From: Candidatus Poribacteria bacterium
Lineage (GTDB): Bacteria; Poribacteria; WGA-4E; JAJDTR01
Direction of reading: 5' to 3'
DNA length: 64,000 bases
NCBI GenBank assembly: GCA_965222225.1
Contig: CBDCTK010000002.1
Coordinates: 2,816,001-2,880,000 of the forward strand
Made by a program: the position numbers and the translations under genes. Positions 1 to 8,402 of this stretch are shown here, piece after piece. Below the pieces are notes generated by a model. It was given only the letters and a program-made list of their open reading frames with translations, did no database searches and was not told where the DNA came from. Each line of letters opens with the position of its first letter. The stretch's first letter is position 1.

Positions 1-71
1 AACTTCCGATGGAGTACGCAGTAGAGATGAATCGGTTAATCCAACTTCAGATGGAAGGGTCAGTAGGCTAA
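1..71 (+). CDS. sufB: Fe-S cluster assembly protein SufB, C-terminal fragment (gene starts upstream of window)
   Basis: Frame from nt 3 reads LPMEYAVEMNRLIQLQMEGSVG*, the conserved SufB C-terminus. It lies directly upstream of sufD. Confidence 0.93.
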   Translation, partial: LPMEYAVEMNRLIQLQMEGSVG

Positions 72-91
72 AGCGTGGAAAAGTAGCACTT

Positions 92-194
92 TAGGGCTTA
101 CCGCAGTTGCCCGATTCTTTGTAGAGATCGTTCTGTTCTCCGACGATGGATCGCCCTACTACGAGGCTTTGGGCGTTCAACTGCGTAAGTTCTG
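92..194. mobile_element. MITE-like element with TAGGRCTTACGCAGTT-type terminal inverted repeats
   Basis: tagggcttaccgcagttg (92-109) and caactgcgtaagttctg (178-194) are imperfect inverted repeats. The same ends recur at 38058/38266, and singly at ~4595, ~5911, ~8247, ~48681 and ~54116. Confidence 0.55.
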
Positions 195-228
195 GCTTTT
201 TGTCACGTTTCAAAAGTGGAGATTACAA

Positions 229-1668
229 TTGAGTTCCGATCTGATTCAAACTATCCCCCGTGTTCATGATTTACGCACGGGGGACTTTTCACGCGATTTT
301 TTGGAGGAGATGTCGAAAGGTCAGGATGAGCCTAAATGGATGCGTGAGAAGCGGCTCGCAGCTTTCGACCTATACGAAACCCTCCTAATGCCTCACACTT
401 CTGATGATGATGAGTGGCGTCGGACAGTAGATATGCGTACCCAAGACTACTGGCGTCGTACAAAACGGAAGATGCGCGGCTTCAAGTTGGATGAATATAA
501 GCCAGTTGCTTTCTCTGCATCAGGGTCGTCGGAAATGTCTGACCGCTCCGGTTGCTTACCGAAGCAGGTGGAATCGGAAGAAGCGGCGTCTGGAGCCGTG
601 GGTCTTCAGGATGGTCTCCCGGTTGAATCTTTTCTATTGAAGGAGATCGAACGTAAAGGGGTGTACTTCGCAGATTTTAATACGGCATTGAGGGCGCGTC
701 CCGACTTTGTACGGTCATATTTCATGACCAACGCGGTGACACTCGAGACGCAGCTCCGAAGTGGTAACATCCCGTTGCGAAATAAATTCGATGCGCTGCA
801 CGGAGCATTCTGGCAAGGCGGATACCTATTGCATGTTCCCAAAGGCGTTGTTGTTGAGATTCCTTTACGCACCTTTATCGCGCTGTCCGAGCCGCAGCGT
901 GCAGATTTGTCGCATACACTTATTGTTGCCGATGCTGAAAGCAAGGTCACAATTTTGGAGGAACAAGCTTCGACGGATGTTAACGCTACCGGGTTCCACT
1001 GTGGCGCTGTCGAAATCTTCGCTGGACGAAATGCCAATGTGACCTATGTGCAAGTGCAGCGATGGAATCAGCGGGTTTGGAACTTTTCCACACAGCGCGC
1101 AGTGGTTGGAAGGGATGCTCAATTTTGTTGGGTCACTGGGATGTTGGGAAGTCGTTTGAGCAAATTAAATCAGGTTGCTGCTATGGAAGGCGCGGGAAGT
1201 CGTGTTGAGATGCTAGGTTTGACGTTCACACACGGCCGCCAACATATTGATGTAAGCACTGCTCAAGAGCATATCGCGCCCCATACCTCCAGCGATCTGT
1301 TGTATCGAACTGTGCTCCGGGACCGCTCGCAGACCGCATGGAGTGGTGATATTTACGTCTATCCCGAGGGCCAACATACCGACGCTTATCAGAAAAATGA
1401 CAATTTGGTCTTGAGCGAACGTTCTCACGCAGATACACTGCCAGGCTTGGAGATTCAAGCGCATGAAGTACGTTGCACCCACGGTGCAACCGCTGGACCG
1501 ATTGATAAGGAACAGGTGTTTTACCTGATGAGCCGCGGATTGTCTCGTAGTCAGGCCGAAAAGATGATTGTTGATGGCTTTTTTGAGCCAGTGATGGCTC
1601 GGATTCCGCTGGAGTCGGTTCGTGAAGAATTACAGGAGTCGATTACACACAAGCTTGCGGTTGAATAA
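229..1668 (+). CDS. sufD: Fe-S cluster assembly protein SufD
   Basis: SufBD beta-helix motifs (QEHIAPHTSSDLLYRTVL, TDAYQKNDNLVLS, PGLEIQAHEVRCTHGATAG, FYLMSRGL). Start taken as TTG at 229 behind a GGAG RBS; the ORF track starts at 169. Confidence 0.92.
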   Translation: MSSDLIQTIPRVHDLRTGDFSRDFLEEMSKGQDEPKWMREKRLAAFDLYETLLMPHTSDDDEWRRTVDMRTQDYWRRTKRKMRGFKLDEYKPVAFSASGSSEMSDRSGCLPKQVESEEAASGAVGLQDGLPVESFLLKEIERKGVYFADFNTALRARPDFVRSYFMTNAVTLETQLRSGNIPLRNKFDALHGAFWQGGYLLHVPKGVVVEIPLRTFIALSEPQRADLSHTLIVADAESKVTILEEQASTDVNATGFHCGAVEIFAGRNANVTYVQVQRWNQRVWNFSTQRAVVGRDAQFCWVTGMLGSRLSKLNQVAAMEGAGSRVEMLGLTFTHGRQHIDVSTAQEHIAPHTSSDLLYRTVLRDRSQTAWSGDIYVYPEGQHTDAYQKNDNLVLSERSHADTLPGLEIQAHEVRCTHGATAGPIDKEQVFYLMSRGLSRSQAEKMIVDGFFEPVMARIPLESVREELQESITHKLAVE

Positions 1669-2000
1669 GATTGATAACAACGCTTGCCAGTTGAGGGATA
1701 ACAACCCGGAAAAAGCGTTGCCATTTTCTGGACGCAGATAAAAGCGTACTTAAGCACCGGTGAGTCGCAAAAACCAGTTTTCCTCCTGTGTTTATCCGCG
1801 TTTATCATTTGCGCGCGCAGGATCTTTTGAGCGTGGCGCCAAGATAATCGTTAATCCGTAATCAACGATCGTGCTTTGGGAGATAGCCCCTTGTACAAGA
1901 CAGTGGGGAGTGGATGGCAGACGTTTCTTCTGGTCACTAACCCCTTGCCACTGCTTTTATCAGAAACACTTCAAACCTAGAAACCGAAAGGAATCGAAAA

Positions 2001-2345
2001 ATGAGTCAACCGACAATTACCGCCTATATGAAACCCGTCTGTGGTTGGAGTAATGGTGTTCGCGCAATCTTCGCGAAATACGGTTTGGAATATGAGGACA
2101 AAGACATCATTAACAATGCGGACAACTATCGCGAGATGGTCGAAAAGACCGGTCAGCCGCTTCAGCCGAGCGTCCAAATCGACGATGTCATACTCGCTGA
2201 TGTCAGCGGCGATGAGGTCGAGGCATACCTCATCCAGTCAGGCATTGCCCAACAAAGCACTTCGGAAACCGGTGTGCCCACCGATCAAGCGTGCGCCGAT
2301 CACGGTCCCGCCTCGGTGGACATTGGCTTCTCAAGCGGCAGCTAA
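2001..2345 (+). CDS. Glutaredoxin-family protein (monothiol CGWS)
   Basis: YMKPVCGWS active-site-like motif, TGQPLQPSVQIDD cis-Pro region, AAGGA RBS. Confidence 0.8.
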   Translation: MSQPTITAYMKPVCGWSNGVRAIFAKYGLEYEDKDIINNADNYREMVEKTGQPLQPSVQIDDVILADVSGDEVEAYLIQSGIAQQSTSETGVPTDQACADHGPASVDIGFSSGS

Positions 2346-2379
2346 TCTAGACGGGCAAACCGTTTTTCAACCTTTACAG

Positions 2380-2408
2380 AAACCGAGTTTCGAGGAGAAA
2401 CTCGGTTT
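2380..2408. repeat. Palindromic repeat family AAACCGAGTTT-N7-AAACTCGGTTT (REP-like or terminator)
   Basis: Perfect 11-bp inverted repeat. Related copies at 17205-17236 and 32521-32550, all intergenic. Confidence 0.7.
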
Positions 2409-2426
2409 CTCCTCGCTAAGACCTCT

Positions 2427-3689
2427 ATGGAGAGACCAATGTACGCTGGACAGGATGAATTTTGTCCGCTTGAAGTCGAGAGCGTCCGCAAAGACTTCCC
2501 GATTTTTGCAAGTGATTCACCTATCGCTTACCTCGACAGCGCTGCGTCCTCTCAAACACCAATCTGCGTCATTGAAGCGATGGATGGCTATTATCACAAT
2601 TATAGATCGAACATCCATCGTGGCATTTACCGCATCTCCGAGGAAGCGACTGCAGCGTACGAAGAATCCCGACAGAAAATCGCGCGTTTTATTAACGCGC
2701 GCCGCTCCAGCCAGATTGTTTTTACACGAAACACAACAGAATCAATCAATCTTGTCGCGTATAGCTGGGGAAGCGCCAATATCGGTCAAGGCGATGAAAT
2801 CCTCCTCTCCGTGATGGAACACCACAGCAACCTCGTTCCGTGGCAACTGCTCACGGAACGAACCGGCGCAAAACTGCGATTCATTGAGGTGGCTGATGAA
2901 GGCTTGCTTCAGTTAGAAGACCTAGAGCGGTTACTGACAGAACGGACAAAACTGGTGGCGATTACGCATGTCTCGAACGCCTTGGGAACGATCAACCCGG
3001 TTCGGGAGATTACCGCTGCCGCTCATTCTATTGGCGCCAAGGTGCTTATCGACGCCGCGCAAAGCGTGCCGCATCTTCCGGTTGATGTCCAAGCGCTTGA
3101 CTGCGACTTCCTCGCGTTCTCGGGCCATAAGATGTGCGGTCCCACGGGCGTAGGTGTGCTTTACGGAAAGCGCGAGCTCTTGGAAGACATGCCGCCCTTC
3201 CTCGGAGGCGGTTCGATGATTCGAGCGGTGAAGCGCGAACACTCAACCTACGCGGACGTGCCCGCGAGATTCGAAGCGGGGACGCCAGCTATCGCGGAAG
3301 CCATCGGTCTCGGTCATTCGGTAGATTACCTTGAGTGCGTCGGCTTGGACACGGTGCACGTTCATGAGCAGCAGATAATCGACTACGCCCATCAGAAATT
3401 GTGCGAGATTGACGGAATCACCATTTATGGACCAAAACCCCGCAAAAAGGCGGGCGTCATCACGTTTAATCTTGAGGGCATCCATCCCCACGATATCGCG
3501 GGTGTCCTTGATACCACCGGGGTAGCGATTCGCGCCGGACATCACTGTGCTCAACCACTGATGCAACACTATGGCGTTATTGCAACGGCGCGCGCAAGTT
3601 TTTATCTTTACAACACGATGGAAGACGTTGATAGGCTCTACGATGGGCTGCTGAAAACCCAAAACCTATTGGCGCGGAGACAAGGATGA
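2427..3689 (+). CDS. sufS: Cysteine desulfurase SufS
   Basis: YLDSAASSQ, MEHHSN, DAAQS, FSGHKMCGPTG (PLP Lys) and the class II signature RAGHHCAQP. Confidence 0.96.
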   Translation: MERPMYAGQDEFCPLEVESVRKDFPIFASDSPIAYLDSAASSQTPICVIEAMDGYYHNYRSNIHRGIYRISEEATAAYEESRQKIARFINARRSSQIVFTRNTTESINLVAYSWGSANIGQGDEILLSVMEHHSNLVPWQLLTERTGAKLRFIEVADEGLLQLEDLERLLTERTKLVAITHVSNALGTINPVREITAAAHSIGAKVLIDAAQSVPHLPVDVQALDCDFLAFSGHKMCGPTGVGVLYGKRELLEDMPPFLGGGSMIRAVKREHSTYADVPARFEAGTPAIAEAIGLGHSVDYLECVGLDTVHVHEQQIIDYAHQKLCEIDGITIYGPKPRKKAGVITFNLEGIHPHDIAGVLDTTGVAIRAGHHCAQPLMQHYGVIATARASFYLYNTMEDVDRLYDGLLKTQNLLARRQG

Positions 3690-4084
3690 ATATCTACGAG
3701 GAAGACATTCTCGATCACTACGAAAATCCCAGCAATTATGGGACGCTGGAGAAACCTGATATCTCCTACAAAGACGACAACCCCTTGTGCGGAGATCAGA
3801 TTCGTATGGATCTTGAGGTCGAGGATGGTGTCATCAAGGATGTCCGCTTTTGTGGTCACGGCTGCACAATCAGCCAAGCGGCGGCGTCGATGTTGACGGA
3901 GGAAGTCAAAGGACAGGCGTTAGAAGACGTAAAAAAGTTGACCAAGGACGACATCTTGAAGATGCTTGGTATTCCGCTCGGTCCGGTGCGCTTGAAATGC
4001 GGTCTGTTAGCCTTGAAGGTGCTGAAAGCGGGCGCCTACGGAATTAAGGACTGGCCCGGAGAAGAGGACGACGAGGAGGCATAA
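3686..4084 (+). CDS. sufU: SufU/NifU-like Fe-S scaffold or sulfur acceptor
   Basis: ILDHYENP, NPLCGD, GCTISQAAASML and RLKC motifs. ATGA overlap with sufS. Confidence 0.92.
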   Translation: MNIYEEDILDHYENPSNYGTLEKPDISYKDDNPLCGDQIRMDLEVEDGVIKDVRFCGHGCTISQAAASMLTEEVKGQALEDVKKLTKDDILKMLGIPLGPVRLKCGLLALKVLKAGAYGIKDWPGEEDDEEA

Positions 4085-4086
4085 GC

Positions 4087-4398
4087 ATGGCGGAGTTCTT
4101 CAAAGTTGCCAAAGTCAGCGAAATACCTCCCGGCGGGAAAAAGTTGGTCGAAGTGGATTTCGTGCCGGTGGCGCTTTTTAACGTCAACGGAAAATTCTAC
4201 GCTATCGAGGACATCTGCACCCACGATGGCGGCCCCCTCGCCCAAGGTGAATTTGAAGGCGAAGAGATTGAGTGCCCTCGCCACGGCGCGCGCTTCAGCG
4301 TGATTACCGGCGAACCCCTCTGTATGCCCGCGGTCGAACCCGTTGACTGCTACGAAGTCAAGATCGACGGCGATGACATCCTAGTAAATATTGATTGA
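4087..4398 (+). CDS. Rieske-type [2Fe-2S] ferredoxin
   Basis: CTHDGG and ECPRHGARF Rieske boxes. Confidence 0.93.
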   Translation: MAEFFKVAKVSEIPPGGKKLVEVDFVPVALFNVNGKFYAIEDICTHDGGPLAQGEFEGEEIECPRHGARFSVITGEPLCMPAVEPVDCYEVKIDGDDILVNID

Positions 4399-4419
4399 TG
4401 GCAAATGCGAGAATCTCTT

Positions 4420-4444
4420 GTAGGGTGCGCATTGCGCACCAGCC
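4420..4444 (+). repeat. GTAG-type REP palindrome GTAGGGTGCGCA.TGCGCACCAGCC
   Basis: Near-identical copies at 13526-13550 (+), 24400-24424 (-) and, interrupted, 34624-34683 (-). Confidence 0.85.
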
Positions 4445-4463
4445 TTTGAAAGCGTCAGCGGCG

Positions 4464-4487
4464 ATCAAGCGAGTGCGATAGAAATCT
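4464..4487 (+). repeat. 35-nt micro-element, internally deleted copy
   Basis: ATCAAGCGAGTGCGATAGAAATCT carries both ends of the consensus, and follows CG. Confidence 0.6.
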
Positions 4488-4547
4488 TCGCCTGCTCGCG
4501 ATAAGAAGTCGCGACCTGGAAATCGCTCCTACAGTTTGCTTGTAGAA

Positions 4548-4577
4548 TACGTGTAAATATGAATGTAAATGACTATA
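4548..4577 (-). repeat. Dispersed 30-nt element end (TATAGTCAT..ACATTCATATTTACACGTA)
   Basis: Reverse complement nearly identical to 53867-53895. Confidence 0.6.
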
Positions 4578-4628
4578 TACGGCTTTGAGCGTTTAACTGT
4601 GTAAGCCCCAAAGAGAAGGAGATCTCAA

Positions 4629-4928
4629 ATGCTAACCGAAGAGACCGTGCTGGAAAATTTAAAACAGATTATAGATCCGGAGGTAGGAATCAACATCGTT
4701 GACATGGGCTTAATCTACGGAGTTGACATAAAGGACGAAATGGTCGGCATTACCATGACTCTGACAAGCCCGGGCTGCCCTGTCGGCCCCCAACTCGTTA
4801 ACGGCACGCAAAACGTCACTCAACAACTGGAAGGAGTTGACGAGGTCAACGTTGATGTTGTTTGGACGCCGCCTTGGACACCGGAGATGATGACGGATGA
4901 CGCCAAAGACGAGTTGGGGATCTTCTGA
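4629..4928 (+). CDS. sufT: DUF59/SufT metal-sulfur cluster assembly factor
   Basis: IIDPEVGINIVDMGLIY, TLTSPGCP and VWTPPWTPEMM motifs. AAGGAG RBS. Confidence 0.92.
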   Translation: MLTEETVLENLKQIIDPEVGINIVDMGLIYGVDIKDEMVGITMTLTSPGCPVGPQLVNGTQNVTQQLEGVDEVNVDVVWTPPWTPEMMTDDAKDELGIF

Positions 4929-4940
4929 ACCGGAACAAAA

Positions 4941-5675
4941 ATGAACTTGTCAAACCAGCAATATCAACCGAAAACGCTTAAGCGGCTCGGTGCCTCCGGC
5001 TTCCTTGTCGAATGGAAGGATGGGCATAAAAGCGAATACCCCTTTCCCTACCTCAGACGTATGTGTCCTTGTGCCGAGTGTTCGGCAATCCGTTACAAAG
5101 GCTTGGATGTTCACTCCCTGTTTGCGCCGGACGGAGACGGTGATTCCTCCCTAATCCAAGTATCCGAAGATGTCCTCCCCCTTGATATCCAGCTTGTCGG
5201 TCGCTACGCGGTGCAGTTTCGATGGAACGATGGACATTCGACTGGCATCTACTCTTTTCAAACGCTCAAGGAAATGTGCCCGTGCCCCGAGTGTACCGCC
5301 AACATTGACGAGAATGAGGTAGACCTTACGATGAATCGCCCCCAATTCCAGCCCGATAAACACGAAATCCCGCCGCGTGGACTCAAGGAGAAACTAGATA
5401 GCGGCCAACAGATTGTGCTGCTTGATGTGCGCGAACCCGGCGAATACGAGATTGCCCACCTTGAAGGCGCAACCTTGATTCCTCTCAACGACCTGCCCCA
5501 AAACACTGATCAGCTAGACCCGCAAACCGAAATTGTGACCTACTGCCACCACGGCATGAGGAGCCTGCATGCTGCCGCATTTCTATACCAGAGCGGGTTC
5601 GAGAACGTCAAGAGTTTGGTGGGCGGCATCGACCAGTGGGCAGTGGAAATCGATCCGACGCTCACTCGTTACTAA
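4941..5675 (+). CDS. DUF971 (GBBH-like N-terminal Zn domain) fused to a rhodanese domain
   Basis: W.DGH.S.Y...YLRRMCPCAEC and VGRYAVQFRWNDGHSTGIYS (DUF971), then LLDVREPGEY, YCHHGMRS and GGIDQW (rhodanese). Confidence 0.85.
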   Translation: MNLSNQQYQPKTLKRLGASGFLVEWKDGHKSEYPFPYLRRMCPCAECSAIRYKGLDVHSLFAPDGDGDSSLIQVSEDVLPLDIQLVGRYAVQFRWNDGHSTGIYSFQTLKEMCPCPECTANIDENEVDLTMNRPQFQPDKHEIPPRGLKEKLDSGQQIVLLDVREPGEYEIAHLEGATLIPLNDLPQNTDQLDPQTEIVTYCHHGMRSLHAAAFLYQSGFENVKSLVGGIDQWAVEIDPTLTRY

Positions 5676-5712
5676 GTAAGCTTACCCACATGAACGCCCA
5701 AACGACCGGACG

Positions 5713-5824
5713 ATCAACTGAGTGGATAGCGAAGGCGATAGAGATCCCATGGTGAGCGATCAAACGAGTGGATAACGATCAAGCAAACGAATAGGTAAGT
5801 GCGATAGAAATCCCCTAGAGATCC
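5713..5824 (+). repeat. Cluster of 35-nt micro-elements (one intact copy plus one copy nested in another)
   Basis: 5713-5747 ATCAACTGAGTGGATAGCGAAGGCGATAGAGATCC; 5759-5777 left part of a second copy; 5778-5813 full copy; 5814-5824 right end. Confidence 0.8.
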
Positions 5825-5924
5825 CTCCCCCGATCGCGACCTCCCGTCAAAGCAGCGTTCTGGAATCGTCCATCCTCAATCTGCGATTGATAATCGCCGT
5901 TAAAATCTCTGGTGCGTAAGCCCT

Positions 5925-6371
5925 ATGGAAATTCTGTTGCTCCTACTTTTTGCGTTTATCGGTGCGCTAGGCAACGCCATGTTCGCCGCTAGTCAAAAGA
6001 AAGCCATCGCTCTTGGGAACTCACTTGCATTTCTCGTAATATCAATTTTCGTTTCGGTTTTCCTCGCCATGATATTGGCGCCCCTATCGGGACCGACAAG
6101 GTATACAACAATTATCAAACAGAACTGGTTTTGGGCTGTTATAGGCGGTATCGGGCTATTCCTCACGTTTTTGGGTTTTAATCTACTCTACACCAACTAC
6201 GGGACATCAAGCTATATGCTCTACGCCGTCATGTCCATCATAACGACATCAATAATCGTGTCGGTAGTGATATTCAAAGAGACCTTTAACACCTATCATT
6301 GGGCGGCGTTTGTCGGTGCGATAGTAACCATAATCCTGTACACAATCGGCAATAGTATAGGCAAAACCTAG
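5925..6371 (+). CDS. Small multi-pass membrane protein, EamA/DMT-like transporter
   Basis: About 5 hydrophobic helices and a VVIFKETF...W motif typical of DMT half-transporters. AT-rich. Confidence 0.7.
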   Translation: MEILLLLLFAFIGALGNAMFAASQKKAIALGNSLAFLVISIFVSVFLAMILAPLSGPTRYTTIIKQNWFWAVIGGIGLFLTFLGFNLLYTNYGTSSYMLYAVMSIITTSIIVSVVIFKETFNTYHWAAFVGAIVTIILYTIGNSIGKT

Positions 6372-6519
6372 CAGCCGTCCCCTCCTTGTAGGGACAAACA
6401 GTCGTTTGTCCTCACCACATTTCCCACTGAAAAAGGGACACTCTGACTACTGACCACTAACGACTGCTCTTTTACTACGTGTCCCGGTACATCTCCCTCG
6501 TCCGCATCTCTCTCTAAAA

Positions 6520-7562
6520 TCAGAACAGGCAAGAACTACCGGGAACATAATTCCTGGAAAAGGAAATGCCAAATGTAATCGGGAATGTATCTTGGCGTGG
6601 CAACTGAAAGAATGTTCTATCCACCCGCAATTCAAGTTTCAAGCGGCTCTCGGTGAGACGCAGCGCCTCTATTCCGACTGCCACATAGGCTCCCAAACCA
6701 TTATCACCTTCCGAACTGTATTCGTCAACCTACTCCCACTCCTCTCCCCACAATTCACGATATCGTTCCGCGGAACCGAACTATTCCTTATGTTTCTTTA
6801 CTCTTGTTGTAGTTTCGTATTCGACGCCGACTAAAGCAAAACCGCCGCCCACATAGGGTGAAATATCCTGCTTTTTAAGGAAGTATTTTCCTCCGATCGA
6901 CCAAGAAAAGAAGGAGAAACGGTCGTCATCATCTTCAAATAGGTCGCCTTCTTCCTGTATCCTGAACCGGAAATCTGTAAACGCGGCAAACGAGGGCCTT
7001 TCAAAAGACCATCCAAACCCCAGAGCGGGCCTGGTCGCTATATCCGTTCCGGGCATGCTGATTCCGAAGATCCCCATATTCCAAAGAGACTCACCCGATA
7101 TTTTTCGGAGTTCACGGGCGTCGTGTTCGGTAACGGTCTCCATATCAACCGTCGCATTGATCGGCTTGTGCAGGAGGAGCGCGTCAACCAGTCGTGGCGC
7201 TGCCGGAATCATCTCTTCGATAGTTGCCAAGGTCATCTGATGCTCGGTGATAATCGAGCCGATGGGATCTTCGTGACTCAGACGCACGAAAATCTTCTCT
7301 CCCAGACGGCGCAATACGACGTGATAGGCGCTTGCAGAGACGGGTGCCTCGTAAAAACGGGATCGCTGACCGATATTCCGTGCTTACGCAACGCATCACA
7401 GACCAACTGAGCCGCGGTCTGTGCGTCCGATTCGGGGATACACCCGGGTGGTCTCCGATTAGGCAGACAGCGGGGGCGGATGCCGGAGCATTATCGGGGG
7501 TAACAACAAGCAATACGAGAAAAGCGGCAAGAAACAGGCAACACCCAATCCTTATTTAGCAT
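6520..7562 (-). pseudogene. Degraded secreted or outer-membrane beta-barrel-like protein
   Basis: Signal-like RIGCCLFLAAFLVLLVV, then pieces in shifting frames (ESDAQTAAQLVCDALRKHG; YEAPVSASAYHVVLRRLGEK; SPYVGGGFA; GLGAYVAVGIEALRL...FGISFS). At least 3 frameshifts plus in-frame stops. ORF 6781-7314 is the middle piece. Confidence 0.65.
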
Positions 7563-7697
7563 GTTGTTAATGGGGAATTCGGCAAATCCTTGGGGTTGAG
7601 GGAAAGTAAAATTGCTTTACTTCCGCTCAGCCTTTTCTCACCAGGGCAGCAAATTGGAAAATCGACCCACTACCTAAAGGGGCGGTCCGATTAGGCA

Positions 7698-8213
7698 TTA
7701 TTTCTTTTTCAAGCTGACGGTGCTACCGCCATCGCCGGTCAACGTGAGAGTATCCCCATTTATCGACCAGGTACCGTTGGCTATATCCTCAAAGTGAAGT
7801 TCTATGTCAATTGCGTCAGTCTCGACCTCGCCTGTAACCTCGGCGACTGTGAGTGAATAATCGGAACCCGATAGGGAATAAGTCCCCCAGCCTTCAATTG
7901 AGGTCCCCTCTGGTCCATCTCCTTCGTCAACTTCATAAGTCGTTTCCCTGTGCCACGTTCCATCGTCGTTAAACGTCCAGTCATCGGCGAAAGAGATTTC
8001 TAAGACTTGGCCAAAAGCACGGGCCAACTGTTCAAATTGATCCAGTTGTTGTCGAATATTTGTGCCATCGACGGATTCTAGGCTCCATGTACCGACCCAA
8101 TCGGTATCGCCCTCACTATCACCATCGCCACCACAACCGATGATTCCGATAATAAAGATTACATTGAAGCTAATCAACCACAAAAACAAACGAGGAATTA
8201 CTTGTCCCAACAT
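7698..8213 (-). CDS. Lipocalin-like lipoprotein
   Basis: Lipobox IIGC followed by GGDGD. Contains WVGTWSLESVDG, WTFNDDGTW and GTWSINGDTLTL lipocalin-like strands. Confidence 0.75.
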   Translation of the reverse strand: MLGQVIPRLFLWLISFNVIFIIGIIGCGGDGDSEGDTDWVGTWSLESVDGTNIRQQLDQFEQLARAFGQVLEISFADDWTFNDDGTWHRETTYEVDEGDGPEGTSIEGWGTYSLSGSDYSLTVAEVTGEVETDAIDIELHFEDIANGTWSINGDTLTLTGDGGSTVSLKKK

Positions 8214-8402
8214 ACTATCAATTCTCCTTTACGATTTAGAAAAAGTTAGGACTTACGCGCTCCGGTAGGGAACAACAAACGTTGTTCCCTGCGAGCTTCG
8301 AATGGTGTCCTTGCTGTAGGTGCCATATGCTTAACATATATGGCCAAGATACAAAAGGAACACAAGCCACCAGCGCCCTGTTCTCCTTTCTTCCATCTGC
8401 TG

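Noticed and set aside
5700-5830. CRISPR-like array of ~35-nt repeats
   Set aside because: The copies are degenerate and nested, with no regular unique spacers and no cas genes. They belong to the dispersed micro-element.
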